Below are positions 1-11,500 of a stretch of 64,000 nucleotides of DNA, piece by piece. Origin of the DNA: Euglena gracilis (Eukaryota); the NCBI GenBank assembly GCA_039621445.1, contig CP154954.1, positions 23,448,954-23,512,953 on the forward strand. The letters are read 5' to 3'. Both the position numbers and the translations under genes were made by a program. The stretch's first letter is position 1. Each line of letters opens with the position of its first letter. Under the pieces are notes generated by a model. The model ran no database searches and had not been told where the DNA came from. It was given only the letters and a program-made list of their open reading frames with translations.

Positions 1-283
1 TTTGCTGGTCCTTCTTGGGTGGCAAAAGCGCACCAACGAAGGGGTGGCCTGGGGGGGGCCAGCAGGGCAGGGAATGAGAATGAGAGCCATCAATGTTGAG
101 GGGAGGGAGTAGAAGCGTGGAGAGGGGGGGGGGGCAACGTTGCGGTGCAGTTGCCCCCATCCATGGAGGTTGCGGGCCGAGAACTTCGGGGCGCACACAG
201 CGCAAATCGTTTGCCGGGAAGCGGACCGTCTGTGTGGGCCGCTCATGGGTCCGGTGGGGGCCCCATTGAGGGAGGGCCTGGGC

Positions 284-958
284 ATGTCCTCCTGCTCGAG
301 GGAGGGCAGGAGGAGGTCGACGGGGCGCAGGCCGGCGTGGTCGCAACAGAACAGGTTGGCCCCCCGGTCCAGCAGCGTGGACGCTCCCACGCCGCTGCGG
401 CGGAACACTCGGGAGGCATTCGCCCGACGCGGAGGGATGGGAGGAGCAGCAAAACCCATTTCTGGTTCCAAAATGGTTCCAGAAATTGTTTGGCAATTAT
501 TTATTATTTATATTTGGAAAAAGAATGGATGCAGCGAAGCGCTTCGTACTGCCTGAGCGGCTCAGCAAGGCTTTCCAAGAGACGGTAAATGCTGCTGCTG
601 GGTGCCTGAAGGCGAAACACCTACATGAACATCAACGCTCAATGTAGCAACGTAATTCTCGAATACTTGAGTTCTTGCCCTGCAAAGTTCTTGTTCCTCA
701 GTTTTGTTCTTTTTACAGATACAGGATCGCCGGATGAAACGGGGACGGTGCGGTAGCGCCGGCGTGGCCACCACCTCCCGCAGCTGGAGGTCGTCGTACT
801 GGTGGTGGTTGGTCGCCGGCGGCAAGCCCCGGGGCCGGCCCCAATCCCGGGCCCAGCCACGCCCCGCCGTTTCCCGGGGGCTTGGCCAGCAGGTGCAGGG
901 CGGTGCGGCCGTCGGCGTCGCGGAAGTTGGCCGGCATTTGCCCCTCCTGGATGCCGGT
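284..958 (-). CDS. Ankyrin module 2 (exons 888-958, ~768-817, ~284-394)
   Basis: Translates ANFRDADGRTALHLLATNHHQYDDLQLREVVA...GASTLLDRGANLFCCDHAGLRPVDLL, similar to module 1; requires the 818-887 nonconventional intron. Confidence 0.8.
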
Positions 959-2520
959 CTGCGGAAGGCGGGGCAAGGCGGGGGGGGGGGTTGGGGGGTT
1001 CTTGCGATGGCAACACACCGCTCTGGCTCTGTGACGTTCCGTACAGCTCTGCACACCCTCCCCCGTCGACAGTGAAGTGGGTTCCCCCCGGGTTCGCTAC
1101 CAGGAGGACGTCCCCCACCCCCCCGACCCTCACGGGGTCCAGCCCAAGCCCACCTGGCTTTATGGCGAACGCTGAAGGGATGGGGCTCTGTGACAGGTTG
1201 CGCCGCGCGGCATCAACACTGCCGTGCGTCGTGTTCCCCAACTGCACACAACAAACCTCCACCCGGCTTTACCTCACCCCCACGGCGGGCTGGGGGCGCC
1301 ACACCATCATGCCGGTGAACTGCGACTTCAGGGCCCGCAGGGAGATGGTGGGGCGGGTGGTGTCCTTCTTCGTGGTGAACGACGCCAGGAAGCCCTGCAG
1401 CCGCGCCTTGGGGATGGCCCGCCGCGTCCCCTGGCCGCCCGCCGGCCCTGGGGGGGGCAAGTGAGGGAGGAGCAGGGGCTTTTTTTTTTTTAAAGACCGG
1501 GGGGTCCCCCCCCCCCCCTGGGGCCCCGGGGGGGGGGGTCCCGGGGGACCCACCACTTTCCCCCCCAAAAATGGCCCAAAAATTGTGAAAAATTAAAAAT
1601 AGCACCCTTTTCATTTTTTTTGTGCCTTTGGCGCCGAAAAGTATTTCCCCCCCCCCCATGGGGCAACCCCCCGGGGGGGGGGCGTGGGGCTCGGACCCAC
1701 CCACCCACCCCGCCCCGGGGTCGAAGAGAAAAAAAAACCCCGGGGGAGGAGGGGCGGCCGGCCCCACCAGGCATCGGCGTGGCAGACAGGCATCGGCGGG
1801 CATCACCGGCAAAATACTTCATTTCCAGCGCACGCGGACATGTGCACAGGTTTTTCATATGAGAAGCTGTCTCCAGCAAAGTATATTGAGGGGGGTGGCA
1901 GCTGTGGGGAGAATGCACCACAGTGCCAAAATAAGCCATCAAAAAAAAAAAAAAAAATAGGGGAAACTGAGCACATCTTGGACAACATCCACACCAAAAA
2001 AAAAAAAGCAGGAGCAAAAGACAATTCACAAAAAACCAGCACCCAAAAAATAAAATTGAAAGATATTAACGTCTGGGGGGCCTCCCCCCCTCTTGCACAA
2101 CTTATTTGAAACATTGAAAAACAATTAATATTTATGCAAATGAATATGAACGTCTGGGGATCCCTGCACCTCCCCCCCTAGTGGACAGTGAATGCAAGCT
2201 GATGGCAATGGCTGAGCCGAGCGTCTTCACTGGATAGATGGACATATTTATCTCTATCAGACGTACGGCTGATGGCACACCAATGGCCGTGGTCATGGCA
2301 AGGGCGGTGTGCAACTCCCACTCCGGGCAGTAGGTAGTTCAGGAGGGACGTGAACACGGGCGTCATGCGCTGCGTGGACTCCGCCATGGCCTCCACGTCA
2401 GCCCAGCGGTACACGTTGACGAGCCCGTACAGCTGGTTGAAGCGCAGCAGGTACCTGCAGGCCGGGGTGAGCTCCGTGCCAGGGGGAGGGGGCAAAAAAA
2501 AAACAAAAAAAAAAAAAAAG

Positions 2521-2560
<40 letters not shown>

Positions 2561-5500
2561 AAAAAAAAGAAAAAAAAAGTGCGGGGGGGGGTGTCCATGT
2601 CACATCACGGTGCCCCGATGATCCAGTGGCACGTGCCCCATCCACCGGCGGAGTGCGAGCGGCACACGGGGGTTTGCCCTGTTCTGCAGAGTTTTACCGA
2701 CGTTTCCCAGGCGTCGTGGTCAGCGCTCTTCGCGCGAAGTGCAAAGGAGGTTTCCCCTTGGGGTCCTCCAAGCTTCTGACTGGGACAGTGATAGGGCCCC
2801 GATGCAAAACGTTTTCTGCGATGGTTTTGCCGGTCTTATTTCCGTGGCCAGCCTAATTTCCAGTGGACTCCCTGTAGGGAGGTCATCTAGCAGTTCCAGC
2901 TGGTGGGAATTTGTTCCAGTGACCAGAGGGAAGCACCAAAAACTTCTCGACCCCCAAAATCGTGTCAAGAAGGCCTACACCCCCCTAAAAGAAGCGCGGG
3001 GCCGCTACAAGCGTAGCGTCCAAATAAAGCGCACCCCCCGCCGCCGAAGGCGGCGGTCTGCTACAAGCGCACCCCCCCCCCCATCATTTTGATGGGATTT
3101 CTAAAGGAAATCAACAAAAATCGCACACACAGGTAGGGTCCAAATAGAAGTGCACCCCCCGCCGCTGGAGGCGGTGGTCCGCTATAAGCGCATACGTACT
3201 TCTATTGGGGGGGGATTTTTGGCATTTTAGGTTTTGGGAACAAAATCAACCGTCCCCCACCCCCTCGGGGGTTGCTGAAAATTCTTGGCCTTCTCCCTAT
3301 GCAATACAACGCCGAGAAGAACATGATAAAACAATATTTTATCATGAGAACATGAGAACATTTAGTGGATTTGAATTCATGGAATCAATAACAAAAGAAA
3401 TCAAATGTCAAATGAAATTTTTTTTATTTGAATTTCGATTCAGATTCATTGAAAAAAAATATAATTCATGAAAACTACCGGCATTCGGTTGACTGGCTAT
3501 TGACTGGCTATATCGCTCTGATTCTAAAAAAAAAAAAAAAAAAATAAAAGACAAACAAAAAAAAAAACAAGCTAAAATTTGTCCAGGGAAAGAAATTGGT
3601 CAATTTCATGCGCAGCAGCACACTTGCCATCGTGGGAGAACTGCAGGAACTGGTCCCCGGACAGTGGGTGGTTCACCTCCTCCCCCTCCGTGGGGTCCAC
3701 GTCCCCGTCCGCCCTCTTCTGGGCCATCGCTGGGGGGCTTCGGCGGGAACCGATTCCTCATCTCTGCGCTGCGCTTTGCCACATGGTCCTGCCCACTGCT
3801 GCCATTCTTCCCAGCATCGTCCAGCTGTCTTGGAATTATCAACATTTAATGCTCCAGGCAAATATAAACCACCCTCGAAAACCATTTTTGACCATTTTGA
3901 AACTCTTTGCAACAACAGAATTCTCCGCTTGGCCAGGCTGGCTCAAACTGTCCCAACTGTATCTCCCGAGGGCACAGACAGCCTGGGCGGCACCCAGCAG
4001 CCCGGCGACGCCCCGCCTCGGCGTTGCCGAGGACCATGAGGGCCGCCATGCGGAAGGTGCCCCGCTGCACGTCCACGATGCACAGCGAGCTGTCGAACGT
4101 CACCACGCCGATGTGGGGGCGGCCCGGGTACACGCAGGCCGCCAGCGTGCATCCTGCGGGGCACCGGCCATACAATTTTTTACCAACCCCCCGGGGGGGG
4201 GTTTGGGCCCAAAACCAGTTAGTCACTCTGAAAAAACCAGTCAGTCACCCCGGGGGGGGGGGGGTCGGCCAGTGCTTCAGCAATTGACTGGCACTGGCAT
4301 ACACTCAAGATAGATTGCATGCACCTCAACGTTTCAGCATGACATTATTTTGGCTTTTCTCGGTACCTGAGGCACTTTGGTCTTTTAAACTGCTGAAACT
4401 TTGGTCTTTAAAACTGAGGGTTTATTACATATTATATCATTTTTTATGTTATTTGTTCGGTCATCTTTTGGTGCACTAGCACTGTGTCTGCAAAAAAAAA
4501 AGCCATTGTAATGAAAATATGAAAACCAGTTGGGTTCACAGAGCTCAAGAATGATATGAAAAACAGAAAGAACCCAGGTGTAAATGGGGGGGGGGAAGGG
4601 AGGGAGAGTAGCTCCACAGAAGGTGTTTGGAAATATCGTTCTATATGGTTTTGCTTTGTGGGAATCAGATCTCGGACCGAGAGACCTCACAAGCTCACCA
4701 CATTTTTCAGCACCAGCTTCCTCCCTGTCTCCTCTGGTGCTCCACAGAAACCCTGGAAAACATTTTCTGATGAAACCCCTCCACACCAGAGTTTCTCTGG
4801 GAGGAACAATTTTTGAGGTGCATCTCTGTTTGGGGGGTTGCCAAATAGGTGCAGCAAATTCTCAGAGGCTCTGCGGTGGTGGAGCGGATGGGTAGATGTG
4901 TGGGTGGGTAGTCTGGAATTTGAAAAAAAAAAGCCAGAGGAAACCATTTGTTAAAAGCTGCAAAAAACTGTGTTCCCCACCAACGTGGTACATCTCACTA
5001 AACCCTCTCCCCTGGGGGCCTTAATTTAGCGACCAAATACACCCTCCACAGAATGCTGACAAGAAAACCGCTCAAAGCGTCAAACGAGTTGCGTGAAAAC
5101 CTTTGGCATTGTTTTTAACACTCCCTTTTCCCGAAAATGGCTTCCAACTTGAATTTTGCCAAAAAAATTGTGGATTTCAAGCAGAAATAGGGCCATGCTT
5201 GCATTGAAAATACATAACCTCTCCAAATACAACCCCCCCTCCCCAAATAAAAAACATGGGGGCTTTGGCCCATGGGGGCTTTGGTTTGGCAACCAAATAT
5301 CCCACCCGCAAGGTTGGGTTTTGTTTTTGCATTTATTGCGGGATCCCAAAAACAGCCAAAATTTTTGGGACCCCACTCAAAAATCAAAATTTTGGGAGTG
5401 TACAAATTCTGCTGGAAGCGACTTAAAAAAATCACCTCCTCCCAAAAGAATGGATCGTGACACATCATTGTGTCAAAATTATCATCCCTCCCAACGTTAT

Positions 5501-8500
5501 TGTCCCACCGACCTGCCTTAGGGGGGGAGGCCCCTACTGGACAATAGAGGGGGAGGGACAATTAGGGGGTGCAAAGGGAAAAACAAAGGCAGGGCAAAAA
5601 AACTGTTAGTCGGCTGGGGTCCAGTGACAACGAGGGCAAAGGGGGGGGGGTGGTCCCCAGGCATCGCTTGGCCCAGATCGACCCCCCCCATATACCCCCC
5701 CATGTGAGACCCCCTGGCATTGAAATTCCTGCCCACAATATCCTGGCATCCCACTATGAAGACCCAAATTACCCTCCTGCATTTTGGAGACCCATCCTTC
5801 AACATAAGGAAAATGTCTTTTGAGATAACAGATATATAGATAGATGGATAGACAGACAGACAGACAGAGAGACAGATAGATAGCAAGATAGATCAATATC
5901 ACAAGATCCTGATTTTATGGCCAACCAGCTGTGGTCGGTCGGTAGTCGGCAAGACAGGGTGGGGGTAGTGGGTAAACGGTCTACCCACTGTAATTTAACG
6001 GGGTCAAGCACCTCAATTTTTTTTGTCCCAAGTCACTCCAAAACCAACCAAAACCTCGCTCCCCAATATCACTGCTTGGAACTTTCCACCACAAGTTCAA
6101 CATTTTAACATCCATATCATCCATGGATTTTGCCCCTTAAAATTCCATCTGGAACAACCCCCCCCCCCCCAAGTTGTCCCCTTGTTGGTCCAAATTGTCC
6201 CCTAATTGGCTGCTTGACCTCCAGGACAAAGACCGGCAAAATTTGGCAAGGTTGCGGAAAGGGCCCAGAAAACCTCCATGAACCTCCTTTTCAAAAAGTT
6301 AAAAGTTGCCAGATAATTTCATGACAAATCCAACCATGCACAAAAAAGGACCAACTTTGCACGGCTGGTATGGTGATTTTGGGCTTGTTTGAACCACCAC
6401 TTTGCTGGTGCAACCCCCGAAAAATTGACTTTTTGGGTGGGTTCCACACCTCAGTGTATCCCGAAGGGCTGGCCCGAGATTCTATGGGTGGTGGCTTGGG
6501 GCACTCAATCCAAGTGGGAGGTCAATTAGGGGGAGGGAGGCTCGAGGACCCCCCCAATATAAGGCTCCCCCTCAGGATCTAAAATCCCAGGGGGCCAGCA
6601 TTATCATTGAGGCAAATTTGTTCCAAAAATTTAAAGCATTTTAAGTCATTTTTTTAAGGCATTTGAAGGCTCTTTAGGCGCTGTTTTCCAGGGAGGTCCA
6701 AGGGCTGTCCGGGCATCCAACCAATGTTATTGGTTTTCAATGTTTTCCAAAATAAAAAAAATCTACAAGCGCATTCTTTTGATTTTGGCTGGATGGTCAC
6801 CGTTCCGGCGATGCCAGAAATCATCCCCCCCCCCCGGAGTTGGCCTGTTCGTCGGCCCAAAATTGGGGGGGGGGGTATTCACTCGGTCGCCAAAATCAAA
6901 AGATTATAATGCCTAAACTCAAAATGGTTGCCTGAAAATACATTTTCCCTTTTTTTCTGGCAATGAATTTGTCACTCAGGGAATTTTCACACATTGCATG
7001 CCAAATTTAGATGTTCCCACTCGCTCTATTATTTTTCCAAATTTTCAAAACAATACACTATTTTTCATAATCGACACTCTTATACTATACACATTCTTGT
7101 TTTTTTTTTGGACAGGGGTTCCAGAAGCAAAAGCTTGAATTTCTGCATTGCTAGAGGGAGTGTATCATTTGTGTGTAACTGGTTGGGTATCTGCCCAGTG
7201 ATATGCTTTCTTGGCGGGGGTTCACATGGGACTTGGAAACACCGTCTGGGTCGTCGTCCTGCATGAACATCGTCAGCTGACACTGCGGCCACGACATCAA
7301 AAATGCGCCGTCGCCCCCCATCAGCACGTACGCCTGGCCCCGGGCAGCCAGCGTGCAGGCCCCGGCGAAGGCAGCCGCGACGGGAGCACCTCTGAAAGGC
7401 GGCAGCTCTAACCAACCCCCTTTGTGCATACCATTCAATACCATTACTTACCGACCCCCCCGGGGGGGGTTGGGCCACTATTTTTTTTTGGGCCATATCA
7501 CTTAGGCGGCCTAACTCGCACTTAGCTTTGAAAGTGACTGTAAATTTGCGCCAACGCGCAAATCCCAAAAAAAGTTTGGTTTTCGAACACCGTGGCCTGA
7601 GACTCGGGACAGTCTGAAAATAGTGTCTCCCTGCACCCGAGGGCCTGGGGACGACAGCAACGACTAGGAACTCCACGGTCCACGGGCACAGCGCTCCCAG
7701 GTCCCAGTGTGCATGAACACAAGGCGGCGGGTGATGAAACGAGGGTGCTCCTCTTACTCATTTGCGCTTTGGCGCAAATTTTTGAAATTACAAAAAATAA
7801 AACCATTTGCGCTTTGGCGCAAATTTTTGACTTTTTTGTAATTCAACACGTGGGTGACCATTGCCGCATTTGAACAATGATAACAACTTTTGTGTCAACA
7901 TGTGTTTCCATTTGCGCCAAAGCGCAAGGGGCAGGCCCATGAAGAATGGAAATTTACGAGTTACCTTGCGCCAAAGCGCAAATAGAAATACAATTTTTAA
8001 AATTGCAAAAGCAACATGGCTTGCGCCGAAGCGCAAATATAACTGTTTAAAACTTATCTCACAACGCAGGGAGAGAACGACCCTGGTAGAGTAACAACAC
8101 CAGAGGGGATGGAGCACAAAAATGTAGAACAGGGGGACGGAAGCCTACTCTCAGTCACGTTGACTTAAAACTGGTCAACATTGCGCGTCGGCGCAAGAGC
8201 CACGTTGCTTTGACAATTTTAAAAGTGTATTTCTACTTGCGCTTTGGCGCAATACAACTCTTAAATTTCCATTCTTCATGAGCCTACCCATTGCGCTTTG
8301 GCGCAACAGCCATCAAGTTGTATTTTCCATTTTTATCACTACGGGTGGAGAGAGCAGTCCTGGGAGCATCTCATCACCAGAGCGGACAGAGCTCAGATGG
8401 AGGGAAGCATTGCCTGGGACAGGAAGCCAACCACCTGGTCTGTGAAAACAACCACCAACTTCTTGATAGCCAGACGTGTCTTGTCCTATGCGTTGTAAAC

Positions 8501-11500
8501 CAAACTTCCAGTGCCGGAGGTTCCTCCCACTTGCCTCGCAGTTAAGCGTGCCTGAGGGGCCCTTCTCTTTGGCCGACTTTTAAAAGTCGGAAAAATTCTG
8601 TTTGGAAAAGAACAGGTACCAGATAAACCCTGGGAATCACAGCCGAGGAAACAGTTTTAGGCGTCGAAAGGGTGTTTTAAAGAAGCTTGTCACCCCCCTT
8701 TCCTCGCCCAGGATTTGAAGCACAGAACTTTGGGGATGAGCGAATGGAAGTGAGAAATTGAAAGGGCCCATCAACAACGGCGGAGAAGGGAAGACATGCT
8801 GACACGCCTTTTTTCGGTAATTTGCAACCCACCAGACAGCCACATGCAACGAGGCAGATGGAGGCATTGTTCAGCAGAAAAAGTCTTTCTGTCAACGTCC
8901 CCAAAAACCCCACTTTGTGCACCGAGTGCAAGGTCACTGAGGCACCACAGCCTACCGCCCACCATTCGTCTTATTGTAACAACCATTTCCTCCCCAGCAC
9001 CTGAATAGTTCGAAAGCACCAACCCAGCTTCTGGCACAGCAGCGCACAAACCCTCCTCACCATTCTCCCCTATCCCCCACCTTCTCACACAGCACGAATG
9101 CATTCAAATACATCTGCCATTTAAAAGGACATTTGCGCTTAAGCGCAAATTTTTAGCTTGCGCTTAAGCGCAAATTAAAAATTTGCGCTTAAGCGCAAGC
9201 TAAAACAGAAGCCGCTGAGTTTGTGGGAGTCCCTCTGATGTGTTACGGTGTGTCGGGGGCCCCTCTCTGCATGGCCAGAGCGCGGGCTTGGTGAGGAAAT
9301 ACATTTGCGCCGAAGCGCAAGGGACATGCCTACATAATGCACTACTTGTTCATCCACATTACACGTCAGCCGCGTGTTTGCACTTCTCAGTTTTTTGTAT
9401 GATGGTTTGCGCTTCGGCGCAAGGTATTTCCTCACCAAGCCCGCACTCTGGCCATGCAGAGAGGGGCCCCCGACACACCGTAACACATCAGAGGGACTCC
9501 CACAAACTCAGCGGCTTCTGTTTTAGCTTGCGCTTAAGCGCAAATTTTTAATTTGCGCTTAAGCGCAAGCTAAAAATTTGCGCTTAAGCGCAAATGTCCA
9601 TAAACATTGCCTTCTGTGCCCGGCAGTGTGGGGCCTGGCGTTGCTCACCAGACGTTGGGAGAGGTCCCTAGGCTTGCCCTCAGTCCCCCCAACCCCCCTC
9701 ACCAGGGTGGTTCCCGCTGTACCGCTCCTCACGCTTCAAGCACCCAGGGATCACAACTCTGTGACATGCCGTTTTTTCCAACTTTTCACAACGTGCATGT
9801 AGAGTCCACCCTCTGGATGCCTCAGCAGCCAAACTCTTCACGGACATATCACAGAGCCAAAAAAACAACAAAAAGGGCCAATTGTCACCTGGACTGTGTG
9901 ACACCATCCGGGGAACACAGCCGAGGCTTCAAAAACGAGGGACTCACAACGGGGGTTTCGGCCCATTTTTGGGAAAATTCACGTGTCCCGGCGGTCAAAC
10001 CCAGGGTTTTGCACCTTTTTCAAAATGGTGCACAGGCTGAAAAACACCAAAATTGGGCCTGTTCCCCGGGTCCCAACATCGGAAAATGATGCACACGCCA
10101 CCGTGGAGGGTCTCCGCGGAACCAGAGGGTCAAAAGGGTGGGTTCTACCGCCGGGTCTCAACGAAATCGAAAATTTGCGCCAAAGCGCAAGCTAAAAATG
10201 AAAACCTTAAGTGCGAGTTAGGCCGCCTAAGTATCAGGCCGACCCCACCCCCGGGGTCCGGAGCCTGGAAAAGAATCAGGCACTCCGAAAAAAAAACCAG
10301 CAACGAGCCACCCCGTAGGGGCAGGGTCAGCCACACCTTGGCAATGGCATCCTCCTGAAGATATCCTCCTGACCGTACCGGACAAGCGACTTGAGCGGGG
10401 ATCACTTCCCACCGCTTGTGCGCCAGCTGGTGGCACCACTGTTGCGCCGCATACGTTGTGTTGGGAATCAAACGAGGGGAGGGGGAGTGGTGATCCGGAG
10501 GTGGCCGGGGAAGGAGGGGTGGGGGACGCGGATGGAGGCGAAGCACCGGCGGTGAACGTCGAAGCGATAGCACTGGGCGAAGGAGGAGAAGCAGAGGATG
10601 CTGTCCTGGTCCCCGTCCGTCAGCGAGAACAGCGCCTGTGCGGCAACGCAAGGGGGGTCAGGGGCAGGGTTGGAGGGAGGCTGTTTGGGGGTGGGCGTGG
10701 GGGGTTGTCCGGGGGGGGCAATCCTGGTGTGGGTCTTGAGGGGGGGGGTCAATTTCAACTTAGAGGGAGGGGGAGTTAATTACAACTCTCACACACCTCC
10801 CCCTTCAAGTATGAGAATTGTAATTGTTTTGACAATTATAACTACAACTACAATTACCATTGTAAATGTAATTGTAATTGTAAAGACAGCAAAATCGTGA
10901 CGAATGGATGGTGCAGCCCGCCTCGGGGCAGGAAGGGCCGAGGGGAGACCTCGTTGTCCGCTTCCAGCAGCTCCTGCATGTACCCCTCGGCGTACCGGCC
11001 AACGCCAGCCGGCTCCTTGTCACCGTCCCAGCAAAAGCTTCCGGGTGTGCCGGCGGGTGAACGGGGTGGTGCAGTATGGTGCAGGTGCATCCACTGAGGA
11101 AAATGGTTCAGAACGAGGAGCATCCGGTGTGCCTTCATACCTCACGAATTTTTTATGACTTGCAATTTTTTGTTTGCTTTGCGAACAAATCAAACAAAAT
11201 TCTGACCCAGCCCAATCGCAAACATGCCCTCTCAAAATACGGCCTTCCAGTAACCCACCCCCCATGGAGGCGCCGACATGGAAGCGCCAGACGCCAGTGT
11301 CAAATGGGGAAAAATAAGCACTAAAGACTGTGATTGCATGCCACATTTGCAACACAGGTATGCCCCCCCTTCTATCGCTCTCCATTAATTGTGTCCCTGC
11401 AAACCCCATCTCCATCCTAACTCATAAAAAGAGGCCAAACCTCAGTGCTCAAGCGTGACAAGTCAGCTGTTGGCCTCCTGAGTGGGTATTCTGTATTTCA

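Larger units (their letters stand above)
7501..10231. mobile_element. 2.7-kb non-autonomous TIR element with nested fold-backs
   Basis: Perfect 24-bp TIR CTTAGGCGGCCTAACTCGCACTTA / TAAGTGCGAGTTAGGCCGCCTAAG; TATCA direct repeat on both sides; many TTGCGC-N4-GCGCAA palindromes inside. Confidence 0.9.

Noticed and set aside
8340-9120. Transposase ORF inside the 7501-10231 element
   Set aside because: Only short ORFs with no recognisable DDE or DNA-binding motif.
7547-9594. TTGCGC-N4-GCGCAA repeats as CRISPR repeats or integron attC sites
   Set aside because: Irregular spacing, arranged as nested inverted repeats inside a TIR element with a TSD.
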